DNA from: an uncultured Christensenella sp. | GTDB lineage: Bacteria; Bacillota; Clostridia; Christensenellales; Aristaeellaceae | Assembly: GCA_964630465.1 (NCBI GenBank) | Contig: CAZVUU010000002.1 | Coordinates: 19,687 to 83,686 of the forward strand | Length of the DNA stretch: 64,000 bases | Reading direction: 5' to 3' | Shown: positions 1-9,625 of the stretch, in pieces | Layout of the letters: every line of letters starts with the position of its first letter | Numbering within the stretch: position 1 is the first letter of the stretch | The notes under the pieces: generated by a model | The model's database searches: none | The model's input: the letters and a program-made list of their open reading frames with translations, nothing else | What the model was told of the DNA's origin: nothing | Translations under genes and position numbers: made by a program

Positions 1-560
1 CCTGCGGTCTGGGCCTGATCATGGGAATTGAGCCTCAGATGATATGCAGAGCTCTTGAAGGCGTGAAGAGCGTACCCGGTCGCGCGGAGGTTCTTGATAC
101 CCACACGCCTTACATGGTGATCCTCGACTATTCCCACTCTCCCGATGCTCTTGAAAATATACTGAAGACAGCGAAAGAGTTCGCACGCGGCCGAGTCATT
201 GTCTTGTTTGGCTGCGGCGGAGACAGAGATTTCATGAAGCGGCCGCAGATGGGAACAATTGCGGGCAGCCTGGCCGATTATTCCATATTGACCAGTGATA
301 ATCCGAGAAATGAAGAGCCAATCGCGATTATCAGCCATATTGAGGAAGGTATCAAAAAGACCAAAGGCCTATATGAGGTCATTGAGGACCGAAGAATTGC
401 CATTTCTAAAGCGCTGGGGATGGCTCAGGACGGAGATGTGGTGATTCTTGCCGGCAAAGGCCATGAGACATATCAGGAGATCAACGGAGTCAAGCGCCCA
501 TTTGATGAAAAGCAGATTGTCCGTGAGCTTCTTGCTGCGGGCGGGAGGATGGGGGAATGA
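1..560 (+). CDS. murE: UDP-N-acetylmuramoyl-L-alanyl-D-glutamate--2,6-diaminopimelate ligase MurE, C-terminal part (5' end lies outside the window)
   Basis: Reading frame is open from the window edge. Mur-ligase C-terminal motifs LDYSHSPDALE, FGCGGDRD..KRP and AGKGHE are present, plus DNPR, which is the MurE/meso-DAP signature rather than MurF. Overlaps the mraY start by 4 nt. Confidence 0.85.
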   Translation, partial: CGLGLIMGIEPQMICRALEGVKSVPGRAEVLDTHTPYMVILDYSHSPDALENILKTAKEFARGRVIVLFGCGGDRDFMKRPQMGTIAGSLADYSILTSDNPRNEEPIAIISHIEEGIKKTKGLYEVIEDRRIAISKALGMAQDGDVVILAGKGHETYQEINGVKRPFDEKQIVRELLAAGGRMGE

Positions 561-1540
561 TGTTTCCCGTTGGTGCCTTGCTCCTCGCCTTTGGGATCTG
601 TGTCTCAGGGATGCCATGGCTGATCAAAAACCTTAAAAGCCGTCAGTTTGGTCAGACAATTTACGAACTGGGCCCTCAAGCACATCTGGATAAACAAGGG
701 ACGCCCAATATGGGCGGCCTGTTGATTTCGACAGCCTGCGTTTTGTCTTCATTGCTGTTTGCGCTCATTCAAGGAACTGCCTGGAGAATGCTGCCTATGC
801 TGATCGCCGCCCTTGGCGCCATGGCAATAGGGTTTCAGGACGATTATATAAAAAATATACGTCGCGACCATGAAGGGTTGAAGCCCGGGCAAAAAATAGC
901 CGGACAGGTAATCATCGGGCTTTTATTCTCAAGCTTTTGCTATATCTATGTCGGCAGCGGGGTTTATATACCTTTTACGGATCTGGTATGGAACCTCGGG
1001 GTGTTTTATATTCCTTTGATGACAGTTTTATTCGTTTTTATGACGAACAGCGCCAATCTTCAGGACGGGGTCGATGGTATCCTTTCCAGCGTAAGCATTG
1101 TGGGGGGGATCGGTTTTGGATTGATTGCCGTCTTGATGAAGGCCTCCGCATGGGGTCCGGCGGCAGGGCTGATAAGCTTTGGGTTGGTGGGGTCCTGCGC
1201 GGGCTTTTTGATCTTCAATCGATATCCCGCGCGGATTATGATGGGTGATACGGGCTCGATGTTCATCGGAGGAGTCTTCTGTGCGGTGGCGATGATGCTT
1301 GGCTTGCAATTCTGGCTGATTCCCATTTGCTTTACGATGATTATGTCATCCATTTCCGTCATTGTTCAAAGGGTCTATTTTAAAGCCACAGGCGGGAAAC
1401 GGATATTTAAGATGTCGCCGATCCATCATCATTTCGAGTTGTCCGGAATGAAAGAAAATCAGATTGTGATGATGTACGCACTGGCTACACTAGTATTGAG
1501 TATTGCAGCGGTCCTGGCGGCATTGCCGTTGATGAGATAG
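557..1540 (+). CDS. mraY: phospho-N-acetylmuramoyl-pentapeptide transferase MraY
   Basis: Polytopic membrane protein with NSANLQDGVDGI, MGDTGS and PIHHHFE motifs typical of MraY. Located in a dcw-cluster context. Confidence 0.95.
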   Translation: MMFPVGALLLAFGICVSGMPWLIKNLKSRQFGQTIYELGPQAHLDKQGTPNMGGLLISTACVLSSLLFALIQGTAWRMLPMLIAALGAMAIGFQDDYIKNIRRDHEGLKPGQKIAGQVIIGLLFSSFCYIYVGSGVYIPFTDLVWNLGVFYIPLMTVLFVFMTNSANLQDGVDGILSSVSIVGGIGFGLIAVLMKASAWGPAAGLISFGLVGSCAGFLIFNRYPARIMMGDTGSMFIGGVFCAVAMMLGLQFWLIPICFTMIMSSISVIVQRVYFKATGGKRIFKMSPIHHHFELSGMKENQIVMMYALATLVLSIAAVLAALPLMR

Positions 1541-1544
1541 TGTG

Positions 1545-2948
1545 ATGTGGACTTCCGTCAGAACTGCCTGGGCAGGTAAACGCGTGCTGATCGTCGGACT
1601 CGCCAGGAGCGGGCTGGCAGCTGCTGAACTGCTGCTGACGGTGGGCGCAAGCCCATTGCTGTATGATGAGAAACCCCTGGATATGCTGTCAGCAAAAGAG
1701 CATATTATGCGCCTGGTTGAACGAGGATGTAAAGAAAGCACAGGAGCGGATCCTTTTGCTTTACTTTCTCTTGTTGATGCTCTCATCATCAGCCCGGCCG
1801 TCCCGCTTGACGCTCCGTTGATAAGAAAGGCGATGGATATCAGTTTACCGGTGATCGGGGAGCTCGAACTGGGGGCATTATTTGCAAAAGGACCGATATA
1901 CGCTGTTACAGGTACCAACGGCAAAACAACGACTGTCTCTCTCCTTGGCGAGATGTTTTGCCTGGCAGGCAGGCGGGTTTTTGTATGCGGAAATATTGGC
2001 TTCCCGATCACCTCAGCGGTTCTGGAGTCAAATGACGGTGACCCTCTGGCGGTCGAGGTGTCCAGCTTTCAGATGGAGACGGCAGAAACGTTTCGCCCTT
2101 ACGCCGCAGCGATCACAAACATAAGCCCTGATCATCTTGATCGCCACGGAACAATGAAAAAGTATATAAGTTTAAAGAAAGAAGTCTTTGCAAGGCAGTC
2201 TCAACAAGAATATGCCATACTCAATGCTGATGACAAAGAGGTTTGCGTGATGGCGTCTGACCTTCGGGCGAAGAAGCTGTGGTTTTCTGCCAGAGATCAG
2301 GTAGACTGTGGTGTATTTGTCCGCGCCGGAGAGATCATTTTACGAACTGAAGACAAAGAACTCATTGTTTGCGAAACGCAAAGTATACGTCTTGCGGGAA
2401 AACATAATCTCGAAAACGTTCTGGCTGCCGTTGCCATGGCTTTTGTTGCGAAGATCCCTCTGGATTCCGTCCGTCTGGCGATTGGCCAATTTGGCGGTGT
2501 GGAGCATCGTATTGAGAAGGTACGGACGATCAAAGGAATTACTTTTATCAATGACAGCAAAGGCACCAACCCCGAGTCTGCCATTAAGGCTGTGGAATCA
2601 ATGACCCGTCCGACAGTTCTGTTGGCCGGAGGATATGACAAGAAAGTAAGCTTCCGGGAATTAGCGGAGGCGATTGTCAAAAATGTCCTGATCAGCCATG
2701 TCATTGTCTATGGACAGACCAAAGAGCAGATCGAACAAGCTCTTAAGGATCTGGGGTATGAGAATATCTCCCTGGCAACCGATATGTTTGATGCCGTTGA
2801 TCTCGCGCGGTCTGTCCTGGCATTTGATGAGGGGAATATTCTGCTTTCGCCCGCTTGCGCCTCCTTTGATCAATTCGATGATTATGAGCAGCGTGGCGTT
2901 CAGTTTAAACGCTATGTCATGTCCTTGAATGGAGAAAGCCATGAGTGA
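1545..2948 (+). CDS. murD: UDP-N-acetylmuramoylalanine--D-glutamate ligase MurD
   Basis: N-terminal Rossmann motif VGLARSG, P-loop GTNGKTTT, and GGVEHRIE and NDSKGTNPES motifs. The start could be GTG 1542 or ATG 1545. Confidence 0.93.
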   Translation: MWTSVRTAWAGKRVLIVGLARSGLAAAELLLTVGASPLLYDEKPLDMLSAKEHIMRLVERGCKESTGADPFALLSLVDALIISPAVPLDAPLIRKAMDISLPVIGELELGALFAKGPIYAVTGTNGKTTTVSLLGEMFCLAGRRVFVCGNIGFPITSAVLESNDGDPLAVEVSSFQMETAETFRPYAAAITNISPDHLDRHGTMKKYISLKKEVFARQSQQEYAILNADDKEVCVMASDLRAKKLWFSARDQVDCGVFVRAGEIILRTEDKELIVCETQSIRLAGKHNLENVLAAVAMAFVAKIPLDSVRLAIGQFGGVEHRIEKVRTIKGITFINDSKGTNPESAIKAVESMTRPTVLLAGGYDKKVSFRELAEAIVKNVLISHVIVYGQTKEQIEQALKDLGYENISLATDMFDAVDLARSVLAFDEGNILLSPACASFDQFDDYEQRGVQFKRYVMSLNGESHE

Positions 2949-3810
2949 GCCCGGATTTGAGTATTATCCGCCGCCTGAGCTTCCCCAAAGACAACAGTCA
3001 GCCATAGACCGGCAGGCCGCTCAGACGCAGCCACCCGAACAAGTGCCGATGTCCCGGAACATGGCCGAACAGGCTCAGATGTCTCCTGCCAGAAGGATCC
3101 TGATCATCAGCAGCGTATTGATTGCAGCCGTCTGTGCCGCGTTTATATTGCGGGCTACCGTGTTCACTGTGCGCTTTATCCGCGTTGTGGGCCTGCGTAA
3201 TCTGACATGGCAGCAGGTGGCTGCCTCGGCGGGCATTATGCCTTCCAGCACATATTTTAGCCTGCGTGAAGACAAAATCAAGTCTAACATTAACGCAAAC
3301 AGGTTCCTTGTCTATGAGCGAATGCAAAAGGTATTTCCCAATTCTGTCATCCTGTATGTAAAAGAGCGCATACCTGTTGCGAGCATTGACTATATCGGGG
3401 TCTCTTATATCATGGGAGACGATGGACTGATCCTGGGAAGGGCGGGACAGACAACAAAAGATTCCTCCTTGATACGTGTCTCCGGGCTGGCATTAAGGGA
3501 CATCAGAGAAGGTAAGCTTCCCCTGAGCATCAAAGACGGCCAGATTGAAAGCTGCGTCGCTCTGGTGAAGGAAATCTATGCCCAGGGATTTGAAACGGAA
3601 ATACGCGAGATCAACCTTTCAGAACCCGCCAGTATCTATATGACGACCAACGACGGATACTCCGTGCATATTGGTGATACAAGCTATTTAAAGCCTAAGA
3701 TAGGGACTGTCCGTGCGGTGCTTCCGAGGCTCAGGAGCATGGGGCGCACAGGCGGCACGATAGAGGCTACGGTGTGGGGCGAGGCGACTCACATTCCTGA
3801 ATCACCCTGA
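2929..3810 (+). CDS. ftsQ: cell division protein FtsQ/DivIB (POTRA domain) with a Pro/Gln-rich cytoplasmic N-terminus
   Basis: Single TM segment (ILIISSVLIAAVCAAFIL) followed by a POTRA-like segment (FTVRFIRVVGL...VKERIPVA). Lies between murD and ftsA. Confidence 0.8.
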   Translation: MEKAMSEPGFEYYPPPELPQRQQSAIDRQAAQTQPPEQVPMSRNMAEQAQMSPARRILIISSVLIAAVCAAFILRATVFTVRFIRVVGLRNLTWQQVAASAGIMPSSTYFSLREDKIKSNINANRFLVYERMQKVFPNSVILYVKERIPVASIDYIGVSYIMGDDGLILGRAGQTTKDSSLIRVSGLALRDIREGKLPLSIKDGQIESCVALVKEIYAQGFETEIREINLSEPASIYMTTNDGYSVHIGDTSYLKPKIGTVRAVLPRLRSMGRTGGTIEATVWGEATHIPESP

Positions 3811-3857
3811 AAGCAAAGGAAACATGCCGATAAATGGCCGTTTTTATGATTAAGGTC

Positions 3858-3886
3858 TTGCCATTGTATCACAAAACAGTTACAAT
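3858..3886 (+). promoter_or_regulatory. sigma-A type promoter upstream of ftsA
   Basis: TTGCCA (3858-3863), 17-nt spacer, TACAAT (3881-3886), in the ftsQ-ftsA intergenic region. Confidence 0.5.
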
Positions 3887-3978
3887 AAGTTATCCAAATG
3901 ACTTCCGGAGTTCGGTTTGTATTTCTGTTGGTCGGCAAGTCATACGGCAAAAGCCAGAGAAATGGGGATGAACGTTCG

Positions 3979-5157
3979 ATGAAAAGTACGATCACGGTCA
4001 TCGATTTTGGCACGAGCAAAGTCGTAGCGCTTGTTGCCGAAGTATCGGGCCGGCAGCGCACAGACATCATAGGCGCGGGGATTGCCTCCTATGATGGTTT
4101 TGCTGACGCCAGATGGAACAACCCTGATTTGGTGAATGATACCATTGCTCAGGCCATCAGAACAGCTGAAGAACAGGCACGTACAAATACCAGAGAGGTA
4201 TATGTCGGCGTTCCCGGCCAGTTTTCCCGCATTTATACCATTGAGGTGAAGCTGGACCTGCAGGGTGCCGATCCCCATGTAACGTCGCGGGATATTGAGA
4301 CCTTATTCAGCCTGGCTAACGAGGAGGTCCGTGAAGTTCGCGGTACACCCATCCACCGCAGCCCTGCTTGGTTTGTCATTGATGACGGCAAGAAAACCCT
4401 GGAACCTTTGAATCGTCACGGCAATGAGCTGAGGGCAATGATCTCTTATGTCATTGCCGATCAGTTTTTTATTGATGATGTTTCTGAGCGGCTTCGCGCG
4501 ATCGGGAAGACAGCCAGCGGCTTTTTCTCAACACCGATGGGCGAGGCCATGTTGTATATATCCGATGAAGAGAGGGATCGCACAGCCCTCTTGATCGATA
4601 CCGGATATCTGAGTACAGAAATTATGGCAGTGGAAGGGGACACGATCATCTTCCACAAGAACATACCGCTTGGCGGCGGTCATATTACGGCAGATTTGAC
4701 TTATGGGCTGGATATTCCGCTTGAGCAGGCCGAGCAGATCAAGCGAGCCTACACCTTCGGCGCGCCCAGTTCGCAGCAGTCGTTTGATGTTTTGGGGCCT
4801 GACGGCAGAACCTTGACCTTTGCGTATGAAAAAGTTTCGGAGATCCTTGAACCCCGCGCAGAGGAGATTTGCGACGAAATCAGCAAATGCGTAAAAGAAT
4901 CGGGCGTACGCCTGGGCAACTGGTCCGTCGTCTATTTGACAGGAGGAGGCCTGGCCATTAACCGGGGCGGCCGTGAGTTTTTAAGTGAACGCCTCGGGCG
5001 GCCTGTCAGAGACTTGCCTCGCAAAGCTGTTAAGCTGTCAAGCGCTATTTATTCAAGCGCTTTGGGTTTGCTTGATTTGATTATCGACACCAAAACCGGG
5101 GCAAGTGCCGCTAAAGGCGGTCTTGGCTCTTTTTTCCGCAGTCTGTTTGGCGGCTGA
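3979..5157 (+). CDS. ftsA: cell division protein FtsA
   Basis: Actin-like fold starting MKSTITVIDFGTSK, with DTGYLSTE and LTGGG motifs and a C-terminal amphipathic helix GLGSFFRSLFGG. The ORF is open from 3898, but ATG 3979 matches the conserved FtsA N-terminus. Confidence 0.92.
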   Translation: MKSTITVIDFGTSKVVALVAEVSGRQRTDIIGAGIASYDGFADARWNNPDLVNDTIAQAIRTAEEQARTNTREVYVGVPGQFSRIYTIEVKLDLQGADPHVTSRDIETLFSLANEEVREVRGTPIHRSPAWFVIDDGKKTLEPLNRHGNELRAMISYVIADQFFIDDVSERLRAIGKTASGFFSTPMGEAMLYISDEERDRTALLIDTGYLSTEIMAVEGDTIIFHKNIPLGGGHITADLTYGLDIPLEQAEQIKRAYTFGAPSSQQSFDVLGPDGRTLTFAYEKVSEILEPRAEEICDEISKCVKESGVRLGNWSVVYLTGGGLAINRGGREFLSERLGRPVRDLPRKAVKLSSAIYSSALGLLDLIIDTKTGASAAKGGLGSFFRSLFGG

Positions 5158-5190
5158 AAATATCGGAGTTCCACATGAGGAGGATAAACC

Positions 5191-6585
5191 ATGCTAGAAT
5201 TGCAGCAGGTTGACCAGCAGCAGAATAATTCTTTTGCATCAATCAAAGTAGTCGGATGCGGCGGAGGCGGCGCCAACGCTGTGAATCGGATGGTCGAAGC
5301 CAAGCTGAAGGGTGTCGACTTTATTGCGGTCAACACAGACAGTCAGGCGCTGACTACCTCAAACGCTGATTACACCCTGCAGATCGGTGAAAAACTGACC
5401 AAAGGACTGGGCGCTGGCGCTGTGCCGGATATCGGCAAGCGCGCGGCTGAAGAAAGCCGCGAAGAAATTGCCCAAATGCTGAAGGGAGCGGATCTTGTAT
5501 TTGTCACCGCCGGTATGGGCGGCGGAACAGGAACGGGAGCGGCTCCGGTTGTTGCCGATATTGCAAGAGAATTGGGCTGCTTGACGATCGCTGTTGTCAC
5601 CAAGCCTTTCCAGTTTGAGGGGAAACAGCGTATGCGCAATGCCGAGATGGGTATTGGTGAGCTGAAGCAATATGTGGATACGCTTGTTGTTATTCCCAAT
5701 GATCGACTGCTGCAGGTTGTCAGCAAAGGAACTTCGATGCTGGAAGCTTTCAGAGTGGCGGATGATGTGCTGCGGCAAGGCATCCAGGGTATTTCCGACT
5801 TGATTGCACTGCCCGCCACGATCAACCTTGACTTTGCCGACGTGAAGACCGTGATGGAATCCGGCGGCATGGCGCACATCGGTATCGGAAGCGGCAAGGG
5901 TGAGAACCGTATGGTTCAGGCCGCTAAAAATGCCATTTCCAGTCCTCTGCTTGAAACCAAGATCGACGGTGCCCGCGCTGTCCTGATCAATATTACCGGC
6001 AGCGAGGATATGCCGATTCTGGATATCAATGAAGCAGCCCGACTGATTCAGGAAGCGGCCGACGGCGAAGCCAATATCATCTTCGGCGCCGGGGTTGACA
6101 ATGGCCTCAAAGATGAGGTGCGTATTACCGTCATCGCTACAGGCTTTGAGAAAACATCTTTCCCGGTGCGTGATGCCAAAAAGAGAACTGCCAAAGCTCC
6201 TTCCCTGCCCTACGGCGCAGCGGGAGCCGCTTATAATCCTTATGAAAATCGCAGTCCGGCGGAGGCTCCGCAGATTCCTTCCGGCGCCCCGGGCTTTGAA
6301 GCGCCTCAGGTGCCTGCGATGTATGACCAGCAGGATACATCTTCATTTTTCCCCACCCCCGGCCGTCCCGGCGGTGCGGCGCAGATGAACATTCCCCAGG
6401 CATATTCACCGCCTGTCTATCCTCCCCAGCAGCAGGGCTATGGCACAGGATATACAGCCGGTCAGCAGCCTTATGCGCAGCAGGCCAACCCTTATCAACC
6501 TCCGCAGCATCAGCCGCAGGCCGCTCCGGCAGAAAAGGATGACCTTGGTGTGCCTGCCTATCTGCGCAAAGCAAAAAAACAATAA
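5191..6585 (+). CDS. ftsZ: cell division protein FtsZ with a long disordered C-terminal linker
   Basis: Tubulin signature [11 protein letters not shown] and motif NTDSQAL. Conserved C-terminal peptide [20 protein letters not shown] upstream. Confidence 0.97.
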   Translation: MLELQQVDQQQNNSFASIKVVGCGGGGANAVNRMVEAKLKGVDFIAVNTDSQALTTSNADYTLQIGEKLTKGLGAGAVPDIGKRAAEESREEIAQMLKGADLVFVTAGMGGGTGTGAAPVVADIARELGCLTIAVVTKPFQFEGKQRMRNAEMGIGELKQYVDTLVVIPNDRLLQVVSKGTSMLEAFRVADDVLRQGIQGISDLIALPATINLDFADVKTVMESGGMAHIGIGSGKGENRMVQAAKNAISSPLLETKIDGARAVLINITGSEDMPILDINEAARLIQEAADGEANIIFGAGVDNGLKDEVRITVIATGFEKTSFPVRDAKKRTAKAPSLPYGAAGAAYNPYENRSPAEAPQIPSGAPGFEAPQVPAMYDQQDTSSFFPTPGRPGGAAQMNIPQAYSPPVYPPQQQGYGTGYTAGQQPYAQQANPYQPPQHQPQAAPAEKDDLGVPAYLRKAKKQ

Positions 6586-6595
6586 ATTCGGTTGA

Positions 6596-6795
6596 GCAAT
6601 CCGGGAGAGACCGCGAGGGTCTGATCAAGACCAGCCCGCGGCGCCGAAGGGGACAGCAAAAACTCTCAGGCCAAAAGACCGGATTGGGACGAAACTCTGG
6701 AAAGCAGTGATGCACCGAAGAAGCAACTCTGTCAATCGGAGGAATCTTCAAGGTAAAACAACAGAGGCACGCAGGTTTTTGCGTGCCTCTTTATA
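6596..6795 (+). promoter_or_regulatory. tandem glycine riboswitch (two aptamers plus terminator-type expression platform) controlling the gcv operon
   Basis: Aptamer 1: GGGAGAG...GCGCCGAAGGGGACAGC...CUCUCAGGCCAAAAGACCGG. Aptamer 2: CUCUGGAAAG...GCACCGAAGAAGCAAC...UCUUCAAGGUAAAACAACAGAG. A hairpin follows (GAGGCACGC-AGGUUUUU-GCGUGCCUC, then UUUAU) just before the gcvT RBS. Confidence 0.88.
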
Positions 6796-6809
6796 GTGAG
6801 GAGGATACT

Positions 6810-7898
6810 ATGGAAAAAAAGACGCCTTTGTATGATCTGCATCTGAAGCTGGAAGGGAAAATTGTGCCTTTTGCCGGTTATCTATTGCCAATTCAGTACA
6901 AAACGGGTGTGATTGCTGAACATAACGCCGTTCGGAATACCTGCGGTCTCTTTGATGTGTCGCATATGGGAGAGATTGTTTTAGAGGGACCGGATGCTCT
7001 TGATGTTCTGCAGGAACTGCTGGTCAATGACATGTCCGGTATGGATATAGGGCGTGTGCGATACAGCCCGATGTGCTACCATGAGGGCGGCATTGTCGAT
7101 GATCTTGTTTGTTGCCGGATGAGTGATGATCGATATATGCTGGTTGTCAACGCAGCCAATAAAGACAAGGATTTGAAGTGGATCACTGAGCATGCAAAAG
7201 GCCAGGTTCAGGTGACCGACCTGTCGGATGAGTATGCGCAACTAGCTTTGCAAGGACCTCGCGCGAAAGAAATTCTTTCAAAGCTGGCGACCTCTTCACT
7301 GCTCCCTGAGAAATACTATACCTTTATCCAGGATATCGATGTGGCGGGAGTTTGCTGTATGGTGTCCCGCACAGGATACACCGGGGAATTCGGCTATGAG
7401 CTTTACTGCAAGCCGTCTGAAGCTCTTTCTTTAGCCGAGGCCTTGCTTGAAGCAGGCAGGGAGGAAGGTTTGATTGCCTGCGGCCTTGGGGCCAGGGATA
7501 CACTGCGTTTGGAGGCAGGCATGCCTTTGTACGGGCACGAGATGTCTGACAGTATAACGCCGATGGAGACAGGTCTCTCGTTTTTTGTAAAGATGGATAA
7601 ACCGAATTTTATCGGAAAGGAGGCGCTGATTGCTGCGGGTACGCCCAAACGGACACGTATTGGTCTTGAAATGCTTGACCGAGGTATTGCCCGAGAGCAC
7701 TTCCCCGTGTATTTGAAAGAAGAGCAGGTGGGCGAGATTACCAGCGGCACCATGGCTCCCCATTTAGGGAAGGCCATAGCCATGGCTATGATCGCAGCCG
7801 ATAAGGCGGACCCCGACGCTCTGTATGAAGTTGACGTGCGGGGGAGGAGACTGAAAGCAAAGATGACGGATCTCCCCTTTTACAAGAGGGACAAATAA
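6810..7898 (+). CDS. gcvT: glycine cleavage system aminomethyltransferase GcvT
   Basis: N-terminus KTPLYDLHLKLEGKIVPFAGY..LPIQY and motifs GLFDVSHMG and RDTLRLEAG. GAGGAGG RBS 6 nt upstream of ATG 6810. Confidence 0.95.
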   Translation: MEKKTPLYDLHLKLEGKIVPFAGYLLPIQYKTGVIAEHNAVRNTCGLFDVSHMGEIVLEGPDALDVLQELLVNDMSGMDIGRVRYSPMCYHEGGIVDDLVCCRMSDDRYMLVVNAANKDKDLKWITEHAKGQVQVTDLSDEYAQLALQGPRAKEILSKLATSSLLPEKYYTFIQDIDVAGVCCMVSRTGYTGEFGYELYCKPSEALSLAEALLEAGREEGLIACGLGARDTLRLEAGMPLYGHEMSDSITPMETGLSFFVKMDKPNFIGKEALIAAGTPKRTRIGLEMLDRGIAREHFPVYLKEEQVGEITSGTMAPHLGKAIAMAMIAADKADPDALYEVDVRGRRLKAKMTDLPFYKRDK

Positions 7899-7931
7899 TC
7901 TGACGTGATGGAAATTTGAGGAGGAATGACC

Positions 7932-8306
7932 ATGAGTTATCCAGATGAGTTACGCTACACCAGGACACATGAATGGGTGAAGACCGAAGGCGACAGCCTG
8001 TTGATCGGGCTGACTGATTACGCGCAAAAAGAATTGGGAGACATTGTATTTATCAGCCTTCCTCTTGAGGGAGATGATGTTACGGCCGGCGCATCCTTCG
8101 CAGATATTGAATCTGTCAAGGCCGTCAGCGAAGTGATCAGCCCCGTGAGCGGGAAAATCAAAGCAGTCAATGAGGCCCTGGAAGATGCCCCTGAAGCTAT
8201 TAACGAGAATCCGTATGAAGCATGGATTATTCGTGTGGATGGAGTCACGGATACAGAGGAGCTTCTTAGCGCTCAAGAATACGAGGAATTGATTAAGGAG
8301 GGCTGA
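7932..8306 (+). CDS. gcvH: glycine cleavage system protein H
   Basis: Contains YTRTHEWV and the lipoyl-lysine motif ESVKAVSEV. ATG 7932 has better RBS spacing than ATG 7926. Confidence 0.93.
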   Translation: MSYPDELRYTRTHEWVKTEGDSLLIGLTDYAQKELGDIVFISLPLEGDDVTAGASFADIESVKAVSEVISPVSGKIKAVNEALEDAPEAINENPYEAWIIRVDGVTDTEELLSAQEYEELIKEG

Positions 8307-8308
8307 TC

Positions 8309-9625
8309 ATGGGAAGCTATCTCCCGTCTACAAGGCAGGAACGTGAAGCCATGCTGAAAGCCATCGGCCTTGAGAAGATCGATGATCTCTATCAGGATGT
8401 TCCGGAGGATGTGCTGCTTAAAAGTCCCTTGAATATCCCGCAAGGGCTTAGCGAAATGGATGTCAGAGAGAAGATGCAAAGTATCGCCGCAAAAAACACA
8501 AGGTTTGATGTGATACTTCGCGGGGCAGGCGCATATGACCATTATATCCCGGCTATCGTCTCCAGTGTCACGTCCAAAGAAGAGTTCAGTACAACCTATA
8601 CCCCATATCAGGCAGAGATAAGCCAGGGCATCCTGCAAAGCATCTTTGAATTCCAGACAATGATCTGTGAGTTGACCGGTATGGATGTCAGCAACGCATC
8701 CATGTATGACGGAGCGTCCTCTGCCGCTGAAGCGGCAATGATGTGCATCGACCGCAGGCGCGATCGTGTTTTGGTATCAGAAGGGGTACATCCGGAGACC
8801 ATAGAGACTATCCGCACATATTGCTGGGGACGCAATATTCCGATGCAGACAGTGCCGCTGAACAATGGCGTGACTGACCAAGCTGCTTTAAAATCACAGC
8901 TCGATGAGAAAACAGCCTGTGTGGTTATTCAGCAGCCAAATTTCTACGGACAAATTGAGGAAGCAGCGGTCCTTAATGACATCACCCATCAATCGGGGGC
9001 AAAAGCTGTCATGGCTGTTTATCCCACAGCCCTGGGCCTGCTTGAAACCCCGGCGGAACAAGGGGCTGACATCGTTACCGGAGAAGGGCAGCCGCTGGGC
9101 TTGCCGCTTAGTTACGGAGGTCCCTATCTTGGGTTTCTCGCTTGTAAAAAAGAATTGACCCGTCTCCTGCCGGGGCGAATAGCGGGCCAGACGAAGGATT
9201 CAAGCGGAAGACGTGCTTTTGTGTTAACCTTGCAGGCGCGCGAACAGCACATACGCCGCGAAAAGGCGAGCAGCAATGTGTGTTCCAACCAGGCGCTTTG
9301 CGCGATGACAGCCGCAGTCTATATGGCGGCAATGGGACCGCAAGGACTTAGACAAGCTGCCGAACTTTGCTTTCATAAAGCTCATTATTTCGCGTCGGAA
9401 CTTCAAAAGATACCGGGGTTTGATTTGATTTATTCCGGTGATTTTTTCAATGAATTTGTGACCGGATGCCCCGTCCCGCCTGATAAACTTGAAAATGCCT
9501 TATTGCAGCGAGGAATTCTCAGCGGTCTGCCTGTAGATGAGGGCATGTTGTGGTGCGTTACAGAGAAGCACAGCAAACAGGTCATTGACATGGTCATCGA
9601 AGTGATCAAGGAGGTGTGCGCCTGA
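8309..9625 (+). CDS. gcvPA: glycine dehydrogenase (aminomethyl-transferring) subunit 1, GcvPA
   Basis: Typical P-protein subunit 1 motifs (TPYQAEISQG, SMYDGASS, REQHIRREKATSN-like). Operon position after gcvH. Confidence 0.93.
   Translation: MGSYLPSTRQEREAMLKAIGLEKIDDLYQDVPEDVLLKSPLNIPQGLSEMDVREKMQSIAAKNTRFDVILRGAGAYDHYIPAIVSSVTSKEEFSTTYTPYQAEISQGILQSIFEFQTMICELTGMDVSNASMYDGASSAAEAAMMCIDRRRDRVLVSEGVHPETIETIRTYCWGRNIPMQTVPLNNGVTDQAALKSQLDEKTACVVIQQPNFYGQIEEAAVLNDITHQSGAKAVMAVYPTALGLLETPAEQGADIVTGEGQPLGLPLSYGGPYLGFLACKKELTRLLPGRIAGQTKDSSGRRAFVLTLQAREQHIRREKASSNVCSNQALCAMTAAVYMAAMGPQGLRQAAELCFHKAHYFASELQKIPGFDLIYSGDFFNEFVTGCPVPPDKLENALLQRGILSGLPVDEGMLWCVTEKHSKQVIDMVIEVIKEVCA

Noticed and set aside
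21-560. First ORF read as MurF, the gene that usually precedes mraY
   Set aside because: The DNPR motif and the GCGGDRD..KRP context are MurE signatures. MurF has a different C-terminal pattern, so I called it murE.
6137-6751. 204-aa ORF on the minus strand
   Set aside because: It is antisense to the low-complexity FtsZ linker and to the glycine riboswitch. The open frame is explained by the GC-rich, repetitive codon content of the linker.
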